DNA of 64,000 bases, taken from NCBI RefSeq assembly GCF_009931435.1, contig NZ_CP043414.1; one strand, written 5' to 3'. Below the pieces are notes generated by a model. It was not told where the DNA came from. It did not search any database and saw only the letters and a list, made by a program, of their open reading frames with translations. This DNA is from Escherichia coli. GTDB taxonomy: Bacteria > Pseudomonadota > Gammaproteobacteria > Enterobacterales > Enterobacteriaceae. Numbering within the stretch: position 1 is the first letter of the stretch; each line of letters opens with the position of its first letter. Shown piece after piece: positions 16,970-32,225 of this stretch. A program made the position numbers and the translations under genes.

Positions 16970-17914
16970 TCAGTTCTCTGTTCTGGCGCTTAACGAGCCA
17001 AATCCGGCAATCCACTCCGGGATCGGGCGGTAATAACGCCCTTCGCTACGCCAGTTGCCAAACGCAGAAATAGCGGCAAAAGCAGCGACCCAGGTTTTGA
17101 TTTCATGTGTCGACTTTCCTGCAATGGCGGAAAGCTCTTCGTTACTGACGGCATCCAGTTCCTGTATGCGTCCCTGCTCCAGCAAAGACATGAACTGGTT
17201 ATCCCAAATCGGGTTGAGCGGATGCAGAGTTCTCTGATCCTCAACAAACCTCTCAGCGGCGCTAATCACCCGTTGCTGGCGCATTTCGCGCTCATTGGCG
17301 GGCAAATCTTTCCCGCTACCCAACAGACGATCGCGCATATGGGCATCCGCTTTCGCCAGTTCTGGCACTGGCGGCTGATGGGAAAGCCCACCGGAACCCA
17401 GGAACAGCACGCGCTTATTCAGCGTGCTGGTGAAACGTCCAATGGCTTCACCCAACATGCGGGTACGCTGAAAACCAGGTAGCGGCGTGGCGACACCGTT
17501 GATGAATACAGGCAGGACCGGCACCTTATCCAGCCCACCGAGCAAGAACTCCAGCGGCTGGGCGAACCCATGATCCACCTGCATACAGTAAGAAACGGCA
17601 AGATCAATCCCGCTCTTCATGACGGCATGCGCACAAGCCTCCGCCAACTCCACAGGCACGGGCAGCTCTCCTGCCGCACTGCCGAAATCACCAATTGCCG
17701 TCGCTCCAACGCCTAAACAGAACGGTGGCATCACGTCATAGAAAAAGCCGTTGTAATGATCTGGCGCAAACAGCACCACCAGTTCAGGGGAGAAGGCCGC
17801 AATACGCTCGCGGGCACTGGCAATCACGCCATTGACCTCATCAAGTATCTCTTGCGCCGGGTCGACATACCCTACCAGCGGCGAGTGGGAAAGACAGTGA
17901 AGATAAGCGTGCAT
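16970..17914 (-). CDS. mhpB: 2,3-dihydroxyphenylpropionate 1,2-dioxygenase (extradiol)
   Basis: 314-aa ORF starting [19 protein letters not shown], of the LigB-type extradiol dioxygenase family. Confidence 0.96.
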
Positions 17915-17915
17915 A

Positions 17916-19580
17916 TCAGGCTACCTTTTCGACAGAAACGTCGACATCAGGGCGGTTGAGTGTCATCACGGACGCCAGTTTATTCAGCGTATTACCCAGA
18001 GTTTGCGGAATGGCGATGGCGGCAACAAAGCGATCCGGGCGCATCACCACTAGCGAAGCATTATGTTGTGCGAACCAGCTACGCAGGCGACCTTGCGTAT
18101 CGCCCACGCGCAGCACGCCGTCGTGGTTATCCTGCGCGGTATGAATTTGCACATCCGGCACCACCTGAATGAAGCAAGTACCCAGCGCGCGCCATTGCTG
18201 GATTTGCTCATCGCTCATCCCCCACAGTGGATTGCATCCCCAGCCAATTACCGCGAAGTTCGCGCCGATCGCGTTATCGAGCAACGTCACGTCGCCGTTT
18301 TCCAGCGTAACTTTCGGCTGAATAAACATCTTGCCGACCGGAGAGTGTTTCGCTTCGCCTTCACGCACCAGCGCACCGGCGTAATATTGCGGCATCGGCT
18401 TGAAGCGCATTTCGAGAAAGTAGCGTTTTACTGGCGGCAGATAATTCAGCAGCCAGGAAACACCGTCACGTAACGTACCCTGCCAGCGTTTCGGCGGAGC
18501 CAGTACGTTGCCCGCCGTCACCGACAGATCAATCATCGCTTTGGCGTGATCGCGACGTTCTTGTTGATAGGTATCGAGCAGCGCATCGCGAGCTTTCCCC
18601 TGGATAACCAACGCCAGTTTCCAGGCGAGGTTAAAGGCGTCGCGCATACCACTGTTATAGCCCTGCCCCTGCCACACCGGCATGATATGTGCGGCATCGC
18701 CCGCCAGCAGTACGCGGTCAATACGAAAACGTTGTGCCAGTCGCGCGTTGTGGGTGTAGACACGCTGACGAATCAACTCGACGTTGTCCGGATTAGGCAG
18801 CACTTTGCTTAACAGTTTGCGCATATTTTGCGGCTCGCGGAGCTGTTCTTCGGTTTCGCCCGGCATCACCATAAATTCAAAGCGACGTACCGCATGAGGC
18901 AGAGCTGCAGAAACATACGGGCGCACCGGATCGCAACACAAATAGATATGCGGCGTACTTAACGGATCGTTGGCGATATCCACCACAATCCACTGATTTG
19001 GTGCGGTTTTACCTTCAAACGGCACATTCAGGGTGCGCCGGACAAAACTTGCTCCACCGTCACAGGCTACCAGCCACTGGGCTTTGACCGTTTCCCGCTG
19101 CCCTTCTGCCGTTTTCAGATACAAGGTCACTTCGTCATCTTGCTGGCTGAAGGCCTCCAGCTCGCGGGAAAACAGGCAGCGCACATTCGGAAACCGCGAC
19201 AACCCTTCCAGCATCACCGCATCGACCTGCGGCTGAATAAAGGCGTTACGACGCGGCCAGCCAAATTCATCGGTCATTGGCTGAATATCAGCAAAACAGC
19301 GGCCTTTTGGGGTAAGAAAACGCATCGCATGCCACGGCGTAGTGTGCGGCAGAACATTATCGACAAGGCCAACCGACTGCATGGTGCGCAGCGCCTCGTC
19401 ATCAATTCCAATCGCGCGTGGATAGTCGATCAACTTATCGAGTTTCTCCACCACCAGCACGTCAATGCCCATCTGGCCGAGATAGTTCGCCATCATCAGC
19501 CCGACCGGACCGGCACCAGCGATCGCCACCTGAACGCAATGGTTAACAGCAGGCTGGATGTCAGGGTGTTGTATTGCCAT
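17916..19580 (-). CDS. mhpA: 3-(3-hydroxyphenyl)propionate hydroxylase (FAD monooxygenase)
   Basis: 554 aa with the FAD-binding motif [17 protein letters not shown]. Confidence 0.96.
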   Translation of the reverse strand: MAIQHPDIQPAVNHCVQVAIAGAGPVGLMMANYLGQMGIDVLVVEKLDKLIDYPRAIGIDDEALRTMQSVGLVDNVLPHTTPWHAMRFLTPKGRCFADIQPMTDEFGWPRRNAFIQPQVDAVMLEGLSRFPNVRCLFSRELEAFSQQDDEVTLYLKTAEGQRETVKAQWLVACDGGASFVRRTLNVPFEGKTAPNQWIVVDIANDPLSTPHIYLCCDPVRPYVSAALPHAVRRFEFMVMPGETEEQLREPQNMRKLLSKVLPNPDNVELIRQRVYTHNARLAQRFRIDRVLLAGDAAHIMPVWQGQGYNSGMRDAFNLAWKLALVIQGKARDALLDTYQQERRDHAKAMIDLSVTAGNVLAPPKRWQGTLRDGVSWLLNYLPPVKRYFLEMRFKPMPQYYAGALVREGEAKHSPVGKMFIQPKVTLENGDVTLLDNAIGANFAVIGWGCNPLWGMSDEQIQQWRALGTCFIQVVPDVQIHTAQDNHDGVLRVGDTQGRLRSWFAQHNASLVVMRPDRFVAAIAIPQTLGNTLNKLASVMTLNRPDVDVSVEKVA

Positions 19581-19721
19581 TTCAGTACCTCACGACTCGG
19601 ACAAAATGCCGTTGCGCGCACAGTTCTACGCAACTTATTTTGTTAAAAACATGTAAATGATTTTTTATTGTGCGCTCAGTATAGGAAGGGTGTTTTCGGC
19701 TACAATCAAAACATGCCTGAG

Positions 19722-19738
19722 TGTGCACCAAGTGCACA
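19722..19738. promoter_or_regulatory. Perfect 7-3-7 palindrome in the mhpA-mhpR divergent region, candidate MhpR (IclR-type) operator
   Basis: tgtgcac-caa-gtgcaca lies about 140 bp upstream of the mhpA start. MhpR is known to bind a palindrome upstream of the mhpA promoter. Confidence 0.6.
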
Positions 19739-19770
19739 ACGTTGTTTTAACTATAGAAATGTCAATTAAT

Positions 19771-20604
19771 ATGCAGAAAGATGAGCAGACGGAATACAAA
19801 ACCGTGCGCGGCTTAACCCGCGGTCTAATGTTATTAAATATGTTAAATAAACTCGATGGCGGTGCCAGCGTCGGGCTGCTGGCGGAGCTCAGCGGCCTGC
19901 ATCGCACCACTGTGCGGCGACTGCTGGAAACGCTGCAGGAAGAGGGATATGTCCGGCGCAGTACCTCCGATGACAGTTTTCGTCTGACCATCAAAGTGCG
20001 GCAATTAAGCGAAGGATTTCGTGACGAACAATGGATTTCTGCACTGGCAGCCCCGCTGCTGGGCGATCTGTTGCGCGAAGTGGTATGGCCGACAGATGTG
20101 TCCACGCTGGATGTTGATGCAATGGTGGTACGCGAAACCACCCACCGTTTCAGCCGTTTATCTTTTCACCGGGCAATGGTCGGACGGCGTTTACCGCTCC
20201 TGAAAACCGCCTCGGGCCTGACCTGGCTGGCCTTTTGCCCGGAACAAGAACGCAAGGAGTTAATCGAAATGTTAGCCGCCCGTCCCGGTGATGACTATCA
20301 GCTGGCACGGGAGCCGTTAAAGCTGGAAGCCATTCTGGCGCGCGCACGCAAAGAGGGTTACGGACAGAACTACCGTGGCTGGGATCAGGAAGAGAAGATC
20401 GCCTCCATTGCCGTGCCCCTACGCAGTGAACAACGGGTGATTGGCTGTCTGAATCTGGTGTATATGGCAAGCGCAATGACCATCGAACAGGCAGCGGAAA
20501 AGCATCTTCCGGCGCTACAACGGGTAGCAAAACAGATCGAAGAAGGGGTTGAATCGCAGGCTATTCTGGTGGCCGGACGGCGAAGCGGCGTGCATTTACG
20601 CTAG
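19771..20604 (+). CDS. mhpR: IclR-family activator of the mhp operon
   Basis: The 277-aa form starting MQKDEQTEYKTVRGLTRGLMLLNML is recognisable as MhpR. The ORF-track start at 19657 adds 38 aa. Confidence 0.94.
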   Translation: MQKDEQTEYKTVRGLTRGLMLLNMLNKLDGGASVGLLAELSGLHRTTVRRLLETLQEEGYVRRSTSDDSFRLTIKVRQLSEGFRDEQWISALAAPLLGDLLREVVWPTDVSTLDVDAMVVRETTHRFSRLSFHRAMVGRRLPLLKTASGLTWLAFCPEQERKELIEMLAARPGDDYQLAREPLKLEAILARARKEGYGQNYRGWDQEEKIASIAVPLRSEQRVIGCLNLVYMASAMTIEQAAEKHLPALQRVAKQIEEGVESQAILVAGRRSGVHLR

Positions 20605-20718
20605 TTGCGCCAATGTGTAATTTGGCCCATTCTCATCGTTATTCGCCCATTTGCCCACATGCACAGTACGGGCTGCACGCTACGCTAATGCCATCAATAC
20701 TGTGATGTGGAGCAAATC

Positions 20719-21495
20719 ATGAAAATTACTCAAATTCGTAATGCCACCCAAATTATCCAATACGCTGGCAAAACATTTCTTATTGACCCGTTACTCGCGC
20801 CTAAAGGAAGTTATCCGGGTTTTGCCGGAACGGCACGCGCAGAAATCCGCAATCCAACGGTAGAATTACCGTGCGATTTAACAACGTTACTCAACGTTGA
20901 CGCCCTAATAGTGACCCATTTGCATGAAGATCACTGGGACGAAACAGCCTCCCGCGTCGTCCCCAAAGATAAACGGATTTATGTGCAAAATGAGCAAGAT
21001 GCTGAATCACTGCATAAACAAGGATTTACGCATCTTACCGTACTTGCCGACGAGACTAAATTTGGCGATATTACTCTGCATAAAACGACAGGGCAGCACG
21101 GCTCCGATCACACCTATGCAGACCCGGCTATGGCGAAGCGTTTAGGCGCAGCCTGCGGCGTTGTTTTCCAGCACCCGACAGAGAAAACGCTCTATCTGGC
21201 TGGCGATACCCTCTGGCGTGATGACGTCGAGGCTACAATGCTAACTTTCCAACCAGAAGTGGTGGTGTTGAATGCCGGATTTGCGCATGTTCTGGGGCAT
21301 GGCGCGATAATTATGGGAGCTGAAGATATTCTCAAAACACATTTTACCCTGCCAGAAGCGCAAATTGTCGCGACACATATGGAGGCCGTAAACCACTGTT
21401 TGCTGACGCGTGATGCGCTCAAGGAATACGCCAGAGATAATCAAATTATCGAATTTGTGAACGTACCAGAAGATGGTGAAACGTTGACATTCTAA
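20719..21495 (+). CDS. MBL-fold metallo-hydrolase, substrate unknown
   Basis: 258 aa with the HxHxDH motif THLHEDH. The ATG at 20719 is preceded by ggag (20709-20712). The ORF-track start at 20707 is a GTG. Confidence 0.85.
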   Translation: MKITQIRNATQIIQYAGKTFLIDPLLAPKGSYPGFAGTARAEIRNPTVELPCDLTTLLNVDALIVTHLHEDHWDETASRVVPKDKRIYVQNEQDAESLHKQGFTHLTVLADETKFGDITLHKTTGQHGSDHTYADPAMAKRLGAACGVVFQHPTEKTLYLAGDTLWRDDVEATMLTFQPEVVVLNAGFAHVLGHGAIIMGAEDILKTHFTLPEAQIVATHMEAVNHCLLTRDALKEYARDNQIIEFVNVPEDGETLTF

Positions 21496-21514
21496 TTCGG
21501 AGATAAAGAGTGTT

Positions 21515-22468
21515 ATGCGCCCGCTAACTGTTGCCATTATCGCCGTTGCCGGTTTTAGTCCTTTTCACCTTTCCGTACCGTTTATCGTGTTTAGCGAAAA
21601 AATGGCGGAGAAAAAACGCTTTCATGTAATTATCTGCGCTGAAAAGCCGGGAAACGTGGACTCTGCCGATGGGTTTTCCGTAACCGCCACCCATGACTAT
21701 ACGGCAGTCATCCAGGCGGATATTGTGATAATTCCTTACTGGGGAACAATTACACAAAAACCGCCACAAAAACTGCTGGAAGCCTTAACGACCGCACGAG
21801 ATAACGGGGCACAGATTGTCGGGCTTTGCCTGGGCACGTTTGTGCTCGGCTATGCAGGTTTACTGAACAATAAGCGTGCTGCCACGCACTGGGAGTTCGA
21901 GCGTGAATTTCAGGCACGTTTTCCACAAACACATCTGGATATTAACGCGTTGTATGTAGACGATGATGGCATTATTACCTCTGCCGGTACTGCCGCGGCG
22001 CTGGATTGCTGTTTGTATATTGTTCGGCAACATTTTGGCAGCGACTATGCTAACCATATTGCCCGACGGATGGTCGTACCGCCATATCGCACCGGCGGTC
22101 AGGCGCAGTTTATAGAGCAACCGGTGCCGAAAAATACCCATGATGAACGCATTAACCTCCTGCTGGATTACCTGCGGCAAAACATTGCGCAACAGCATGA
22201 TCTCGACTCGCTGGCTCAGCGAGTAATGATGAGTCGCCGCACACTAACCCGTCATTTTATGAAAGCGACCGGTTCGAGTATCGCCGAATGGCTCATCACT
22301 GAACGCTTACGCCGTAGCCAGGAACTGTTGGGATCCAGTCAGTTGCCCGTTGAGCGGATAGCGGCTGAGGTGGGTTTTCTCTCACCTGTGACCTGGCGTC
22401 AGCATTTTAAATCTCACTTCGGCGTCAGCCCCGCAGAATGGCGCAAAACCTTTCGTGGTATGGCATGA
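21515..22468 (+). CDS. GlxA-type transcriptional regulator (DJ-1/PfpI-like N-domain plus AraC HTH C-domain)
   Basis: 317 aa. The N-terminal part is amidotransferase-like (VAIIAVAGFSPFHLSVP...GLCLGTFVLG). The C-terminal part is an AraC-type HTH (RRTLTRHFMKATGSSIAEWLITERLRRSQELL...GFLSPVTWRQHFKSHFGVSPAEWRK). Confidence 0.88.
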   Translation: MRPLTVAIIAVAGFSPFHLSVPFIVFSEKMAEKKRFHVIICAEKPGNVDSADGFSVTATHDYTAVIQADIVIIPYWGTITQKPPQKLLEALTTARDNGAQIVGLCLGTFVLGYAGLLNNKRAATHWEFEREFQARFPQTHLDINALYVDDDGIITSAGTAAALDCCLYIVRQHFGSDYANHIARRMVVPPYRTGGQAQFIEQPVPKNTHDERINLLLDYLRQNIAQQHDLDSLAQRVMMSRRTLTRHFMKATGSSIAEWLITERLRRSQELLGSSQLPVERIAAEVGFLSPVTWRQHFKSHFGVSPAEWRKTFRGMA

Positions 22469-22469
22469 T
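22441..22469 (+). promoter_or_regulatory. lacI promoter (-35 gcgcaa, 17-bp spacer, -10 catgat)
   Basis: gcgcaaaacctttcgtggtatggcatgat matches the classical lacI promoter sequence (recalled gcgcaaaacctttcgcggtatggcatgat). It lies inside the last codons of the upstream regulator gene. Confidence 0.85.
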
Positions 22470-22504
22470 AGCGCCCGGAAGAAAGTCAATTCAGGGTGGT
22501 GAAT

Positions 22505-23587
22505 GTGAAACCAGTAACGCTATACGATGTCGCGGAGTATGCCGGTGTCTCTTATCAGACCGTTTCCCGCGTGGTGAATCAGGCCAGCCACGTTTCAGCG
22601 AAAACGCGGGAAAAAGTGGAAGCGGCGATGGCGGAGCTAAATTACATTCCCAACCGCGTAGCACAACAGTTAGCGGGCAAACAGTCGTTGCTGATTGGCG
22701 TTGCCACCTCCAGTCTGGCCCTGCACGCACCGTCGCAAATTGTCGCGGCGATTAAATCTCGCGCCGATCAACTGGGTGCCAGCGTGGTGGTGTCGATGGT
22801 AGAAAGAAGCGGTGTCGAAGCCTGTAAAGCGGCAGTACACAATCTTCTCGCGCAACGCGTAAGTGGTCTGATCATCAACTATCCGCTGGATGACCAGGAT
22901 GCCATTGCTGTGGAGGCAGCCTGCGCTAATGTTCCGGCGCTATTTCTTGATGTCTCTGACCAGACTCCCATCAACAGTATTATTTTTTCCCATGAAGACG
23001 GTACACGGCTGGGCGTAGAGCATTTGGTCGCATTGGGTCACCAGCAAATCGCGCTGTTAGCGGGCCCATTAAGTTCTGTCTCGGCGCGTCTGCGTCTGGC
23101 GGGCTGGCATAAATATCTTAAACACAATCAAATTCAACCGATAGCGGAACGGGAAGGCGACTGGAGCGCCATGTCCGGTTTTCATCAAACCATGCAGATG
23201 CTGAATGAGGGCATCATTCCTACTGCGATGCTGGTTGCCAACGATCAGATGGCGCTGGGTGCAATGCGCGCCATTACCGAGTTCGGGCTGCGCGTCGGCG
23301 CGGATATCTCGGTAGTGGGATACGACGATACCGAAGACAGCTCGTGTTATATCCCGCCATTAACGACCATCAAACAGGATTTTCGCCTGCTTGGGCAAAC
23401 CAGCGTGGACCGCTTGCTGCAACTCTCTCAGGGCCAGGCAGTGAAGGGCAATCAGCTGTTGCCCGTCTCACTGGTGAAACGAAAAACCACCCTGCCACCC
23501 AATACGCAAACCGCTTCTCCCCAGGCGTTGGCTGATTCCTTAATGCAGCTGGCGCGACAAATTTCCCGACTGGAAAGCGAGCAGTGA
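22505..23587 (+). CDS. lacI: Lactose operon repressor
   Basis: GTG start followed by KPVTLYDVAEYAGVSYQTVSRVVNQ. The 360-aa protein is recognisable as LacI. Confidence 0.98.
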   Translation: MKPVTLYDVAEYAGVSYQTVSRVVNQASHVSAKTREKVEAAMAELNYIPNRVAQQLAGKQSLLIGVATSSLALHAPSQIVAAIKSRADQLGASVVVSMVERSGVEACKAAVHNLLAQRVSGLIINYPLDDQDAIAVEAACANVPALFLDVSDQTPINSIIFSHEDGTRLGVEHLVALGHQQIALLAGPLSSVSARLRLAGWHKYLKHNQIQPIAEREGDWSAMSGFHQTMQMLNEGIIPTAMLVANDQMALGAMRAITEFGLRVGADISVVGYDDTEDSSCYIPPLTTIKQDFRLLGQTSVDRLLQLSQGQAVKGNQLLPVSLVKRKTTLPPNTQTASPQALADSLMQLARQISRLESEQ

Positions 23588-23600
23588 GCGCAACGCAATT
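23580..23600. promoter_or_regulatory. lac operator O3
   Basis: agcagtgagcgcaacgcaatt differs by one base from the recalled K-12 O3 and overlaps the lacI stop. Confidence 0.85.
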
Positions 23601-23621
23601 AATGTGAGTCAGCTCACTCAT
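23600..23621. promoter_or_regulatory. CRP (CAP) binding site of the lac promoter
   Basis: taatgtgagtcagctcactcat contains the TGTGA-N6-TCACT core. Confidence 0.92.
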
Positions 23622-23635
23622 TAGGCACCCCAGGC

Positions 23636-23665
23636 TTTACACCTGATGTGTCCGACTCGTATGTT
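23636..23665 (+). promoter_or_regulatory. lacZYA promoter (-35 tttaca, 18-bp spacer, -10 tatgtt)
   Basis: The hexamers are identical to classical lacP. The spacer sequence differs from the recalled K-12 spacer at several positions. Confidence 0.9.
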
Positions 23666-23671
23666 GTATGA

Positions 23672-26784
<3,113 letters not shown>

Positions 26785-26790
26785 TAATAA

Positions 26791-28089
<1,299 letters not shown>

Positions 28090-28098
28090 GTAATCAAT

Positions 28099-28130
28099 GT
28101 CGGATGCGGCGCGAGCGCCTTATCCGACCA
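28099..28130. repeat. Single REP element between lacY and lacA
   Basis: gtcggatgcggcgcgagcgccttatccgacca. Confidence 0.85.
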
Positions 28131-28154
28131 ACATATCAGGACGGAATGATCGCA

Positions 28155-28784
28155 ATGAACATGCCAATGACAGAAAGAATAAAAGCAGGCAAGCTATTTA
28201 CCGATATGTGCGAAGGCTTACCGGAAAAAAGACTTCGTGGGAAAACGTTAATGTATGAGTTTAATCACTCGCATCCATCAGAAGTTGAAAAAAGGGAAAG
28301 CCTGCTTAAAGAAATGTTTGCCACGGTAGGGGAAAACGCCTGGGTAGAACCACCCGTCTATTTCTCTTACGGCTCCAACATCCATATAGGCCGCAATTTT
28401 TATGCAAATTTCAATTTAACCATTGTCGATGATTACACGGTAACGATCGGTGATAACGTACTGGTTGCCCCCAACGTTACCATTTCCGTTACGGGACACC
28501 CTGTACACCATGAATTGAGAAAAAACGGCGAGATGTACTCTTTTCCGATAACGATTGGCAATAACGTCTGGATCGGAAGTCATGTGGTTATTAATCCAGG
28601 CGTCACCATCGGGGATAATTCTGTTATTGGCGCGGGTAGTGTCGTCACAAAAGACATTCCACCAAACGTCGTGGCGGCTGGCATTCCTTGTCGGGTTATT
28701 CGCGAAATAAACGACCGGGATAAGCAATATTATTTCAAAGATTTTAAAGTTGAATCGCCAGTTTTAATAAGCAAAATTGCCTGA
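28155..28784 (+). CDS. lacA: Galactoside O-acetyltransferase (hexapeptide-repeat)
   Basis: Starts MNMPMTERIKAGKLFTDMCEGLPEKRL. The ORF-track start at 28104 lies inside the REP. The C-terminus ...FKVESPVLISKIA is longer than the recalled K-12 end ...YKVESSV. Confidence 0.95.
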   Translation: MNMPMTERIKAGKLFTDMCEGLPEKRLRGKTLMYEFNHSHPSEVEKRESLLKEMFATVGENAWVEPPVYFSYGSNIHIGRNFYANFNLTIVDDYTVTIGDNVLVAPNVTISVTGHPVHHELRKNGEMYSFPITIGNNVWIGSHVVINPGVTIGDNSVIGAGSVVTKDIPPNVVAAGIPCRVIREINDRDKQYYFKDFKVESPVLISKIA

Positions 28785-28842
28785 TGCGCTCCGCTTATCA
28801 GGCCTATAAGTTCAGTGATCTACGTAGGCCGCATCCGGCGTA
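28779..28842. repeat. REP pair overlapping the lacA stop
   Basis: gcctgatgcgctccgcttatcaggcctat ... tacgtaggccgcatccggcg. Confidence 0.85.
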
Positions 28843-28868
28843 AACAAAGCGCAGGAACGAGCGTCGCA

Positions 28869-30023
28869 TCATGCCTCTTTGACCCACAGCTGCGGAAAAC
28901 GTGCTGGTGCAAAACGCAGGGTTATGATCATCAGCCCAACGACGCACAGCGCATGAAACGCCCAGTCCATCAGGTAATTGCCACTGATACTACGCAGCAC
29001 ACCAGAAAACCACGGAGCAAGCCCGGCAATGATAAAACCGATCCCCTGCATAAACGCCACCAGTTTGCCAGCAATAGCGGGTTGCGCAGAGTGATCGAGC
29101 GCCAGCAGCAAACAGAGCGGAAATGCGCCCCCCAGACCTAACCCACACACCATTGCCCACAATACCGGCAATTGCAGCGGCAGCCAGATAAAGCCGCAGA
29201 AACCCACCAGTTGTAACGCCAGTGCCAGCATTAATAGTTTGCGCCGATCCTGATGGCGAGCCATAGCAGGCATCAGCAATGCCCCTGCGGCTTGACCAAG
29301 CGTCATCAACGCCAGCAAGGAACCGCTGTACTGCGTGCTGGCACCGATCTCAATATAGAAGGCGGGTAACCAGGCAATCAGACTGGCGTAACCGCCGTTA
29401 ATCAGACCGAAGTAAATACCCAGCGTCCAGGCGCGGGGAGTGAAGACTACGCGAACCGGAGTGGTTGTTGTCTTGTGGGAAGAGACGACCTCGCGGCAGC
29501 TTTGCCACCACCAGGCAAAGAGCGCAATAATGGCAGGCAGCGCCCACCAGGCGAGAGTCTGGAACCAAATCTCGCTGTGTTGAACTAACCAGGGCGTCAG
29601 GGCGGCACCAAGTCCACCGCCGCCCATCAGAGCCGCAGACCACAGCCCCATCACCAGTGGCGTGCGCTGCTGAAACCGCCGTTTAATCACCGAAGGCATC
29701 ACCGCCTGAATGATGCCGATCCCCACTCCACCGAGCAGTGCGCTGCTAAGCAGCAGCACACTTTGAGGGTAAAGCTCTCGCATCAATGCGCCGACGGCTA
29801 TCAGCAACAAACTGATGGCGACGCTGCGACGTTCGCTGACATGCTGATGAAGCCAGCTTCCGACCAGCGCCAGCCCGCCCATGGTGACCACCGGCAGAGC
29901 CGTCAACAGGGCAGCCACGCTAAAGCTCATTCCGCTCGCCTGGCGCAATTGCGGTAGCAGTGGCCCGACGGAGGTGAGCAGTGGTCGCATATTAAGACCA
30001 ATCAGCACCAGAACCAGCAGCAT
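28869..30023 (-). CDS. cynX: Cyanate MFS transporter
   Basis: The MFS protein MLLVLVLIGLNMRPLLTSVGPLLPQLRQASG... gives a 384-aa form from the ATG at 30023, as in the K-12 annotation. An in-frame ATG at 30050 would add 9 aa. Neither start has a clear SD. Confidence 0.9.
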   Translation of the reverse strand: MLLVLVLIGLNMRPLLTSVGPLLPQLRQASGMSFSVAALLTALPVVTMGGLALVGSWLHQHVSERRSVAISLLLIAVGALMRELYPQSVLLLSSALLGGVGIGIIQAVMPSVIKRRFQQRTPLVMGLWSAALMGGGGLGAALTPWLVQHSEIWFQTLAWWALPAIIALFAWWWQSCREVVSSHKTTTTPVRVVFTPRAWTLGIYFGLINGGYASLIAWLPAFYIEIGASTQYSGSLLALMTLGQAAGALLMPAMARHQDRRKLLMLALALQLVGFCGFIWLPLQLPVLWAMVCGLGLGGAFPLCLLLALDHSAQPAIAGKLVAFMQGIGFIIAGLAPWFSGVLRSISGNYLMDWAFHALCVVGLMIITLRFAPARFPQLWVKEA

Positions 30024-30055
30024 CGTGAACGTCTTTTGATGGTCGCGCATGGCTG

Positions 30056-30544
<489 letters not shown>

Positions 30545-30556
30545 TTAAAAATAAGG

Positions 30557-31216
30557 TTACGCTGCGGTCGGCTGGCGTAGCGGTATGGCACAAACGCAAG
30601 GATTAGCTGCCAGTGGCACAAACTGGCGGGTTACGCCGTCAAAGGCTGCGATACTGCCGCTTTCAATGTCGTAGACCCAGCCGTGCAGGGCGATCCGCCC
30701 CTCTTCGAGCGCCAGGCGCACCGATGGATGAGTTTGCAAATTAGCCAACTGAGCAATGACGTTTTCACGTACCATCGCCGCAGCTTTTGACGCTAAATCG
30801 GAATGCGGGCGCGCCTCATTAACGACGCGAGCTGAATCGGCATAACGCAGCCAGTGGGAAACAGCAGGCATATGGTCCATGCACTGACAGCTGGCAATGG
30901 CAGTCATCGCGCCACAGTTGGAATGACCGCAAATCACAATGTCAGATACCCGAAGCGCAGCGACGGCATACTCCACCGAAGCAGAAACGCCACCAGGTTC
31001 CGGTCCGTAGGAAGGGACGATATTGCCTGCGTTGCGAATCACGAACAGATCGCCAGGTTCGCGTTGCGTCACCAGCTCAGGGACCAGACGGCTGTCGGAG
31101 CAGGAGATAAAAAGTGTGCGCGGGCTTTGCTTTGTCGCCAGCTGTTTAAACAAGGCTTCCCGCTCAGGAAATGCCTCGCGCTGGAATTTAAGGAATCCAT
31201 CAATAATCTCTTTCAC
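30557..31216 (-). CDS. cynT: Beta-class carbonic anhydrase
   Basis: 219 aa with the zinc ligand motifs CSDSR and HSNCGA. Confidence 0.97.
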   Translation of the reverse strand: MKEIIDGFLKFQREAFPEREALFKQLATKQSPRTLFISCSDSRLVPELVTQREPGDLFVIRNAGNIVPSYGPEPGGVSASVEYAVAALRVSDIVICGHSNCGAMTAIASCQCMDHMPAVSHWLRYADSARVVNEARPHSDLASKAAAMVRENVIAQLANLQTHPSVRLALEEGRIALHGWVYDIESGSIAAFDGVTRQFVPLAANPCVCAIPLRQPTAA

Positions 31217-31280
31217 CGTTAACCTCTGTCTGTCTCTGGAATGAGAGGCAGACTACTCGCCGATTGCCATAAGGTAAAAG

Positions 31281-31297
31281 ACTCATTTATGATGAGT
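31281..31297. promoter_or_regulatory. Inverted repeat in the cynT-cynR divergent region, candidate CynR (LysR-type) site
   Basis: actcat-ttatg-atgagt. This is a positional inference only. Confidence 0.35.
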
Positions 31298-31325
31298 TCT
31301 ATTGGATTTACTTATAGGTTGGCGA

Positions 31326-32225
31326 ATGCTCTCTCGACATATCAATTACTTTCTTGCCGTGGCTGAACATGGCAGCTTCACCCGTGCCGCCAGTGCGTTG
31401 CATATCTCCCAACCTGCGCTTTCCCAGCAGATTCGCCAGTTAGAAGAGAGTTTGGGCGTACCGCTGTTTGACCGTAGCGGGCGAACGATTCGTCTCACCG
31501 ATGCGGGAGAAGTCTGGCGACAGTACGCCAGCCGTGCGTTACAGGAACTGGGGGCGGGTAAACGGGCGATTCATGATGTTGCCGATTTGACGCGAGGATC
31601 GCTGCGCATCGCCGTCACCCCCACCTTCACGAGCTACTTTATCGGCCCTTTAATGGCGGATTTCTATGCGCGTTATCCCGGCATCACGCTCCAGCTACAG
31701 GAAATGTCACAGGAGAAAATCGAAGATCTGCTTTGCCGCGACGAGCTGGATGTTGGGATTGCCTTCGCGCCGGTGCATTCGCCGGAACTGGAGGCAATAC
31801 CTTTACTGACAGAAAGTTTAGCGTTAGTCGTGGCGCAACATCATCCACTGGTAGCCCATGAACAGGTGGCGTTGAGTCGCTTGCATGATGAAAAACTGGT
31901 ACTGCTCAGCGCGGAATTTGCCACCAGAGAGCAAATTGACCACTACTGCGAGAAAGCGGGGCTACATCCACAGGTGGTGATAGAGGCGAACTCAATTAGC
32001 GCAGTTCTGGCGCTGATTCGCCGCACTTCCCTTTCCACATTGTTGCCAGCAGCGATTGCCACAAAACATGACGGGCTTAAAGCTATATCCCTTGCCCCAC
32101 CGTTACTGGAGAGAACGGCGGTTTTGTTGCGGCGGAAAAATAGCTGGCAGACAGCCGCCGCAAAGGCATTTTTGCAAATGGCGTTGGATGAATGCGCGGT
32201 TGTTGGCGGGAATGAATCACGGTAG
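31326..32225 (+). CDS. cynR: LysR-family activator of the cyn operon
   Basis: The 299-aa form starts [40 protein letters not shown]. The ORF-track start at 31302 adds 8 aa. Confidence 0.95.
   Translation: MLSRHINYFLAVAEHGSFTRAASALHISQPALSQQIRQLEESLGVPLFDRSGRTIRLTDAGEVWRQYASRALQELGAGKRAIHDVADLTRGSLRIAVTPTFTSYFIGPLMADFYARYPGITLQLQEMSQEKIEDLLCRDELDVGIAFAPVHSPELEAIPLLTESLALVVAQHHPLVAHEQVALSRLHDEKLVLLSAEFATREQIDHYCEKAGLHPQVVIEANSISAVLALIRRTSLSTLLPAAIATKHDGLKAISLAPPLLERTAVLLRRKNSWQTAAAKAFLQMALDECAVVGGNESR

Noticed and set aside
19640-19662. CRP site upstream of mhpA (ttgttaaaaacatgtaaatga)
   Set aside because: CRP control of mhp is established, but this sequence is a poor match to TGTGA-N6-TCACA and I could not place the site confidently.
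20605-22504. Treating the extra modules (20605-22504 and 46779-52260) as mobile elements
   Set aside because: No transposase, integrase, terminal inverted repeats or target-site duplications were visible at the boundaries. For the first module, the shared lacI promoter sequence argues for deletion in K-12 rather than insertion here.
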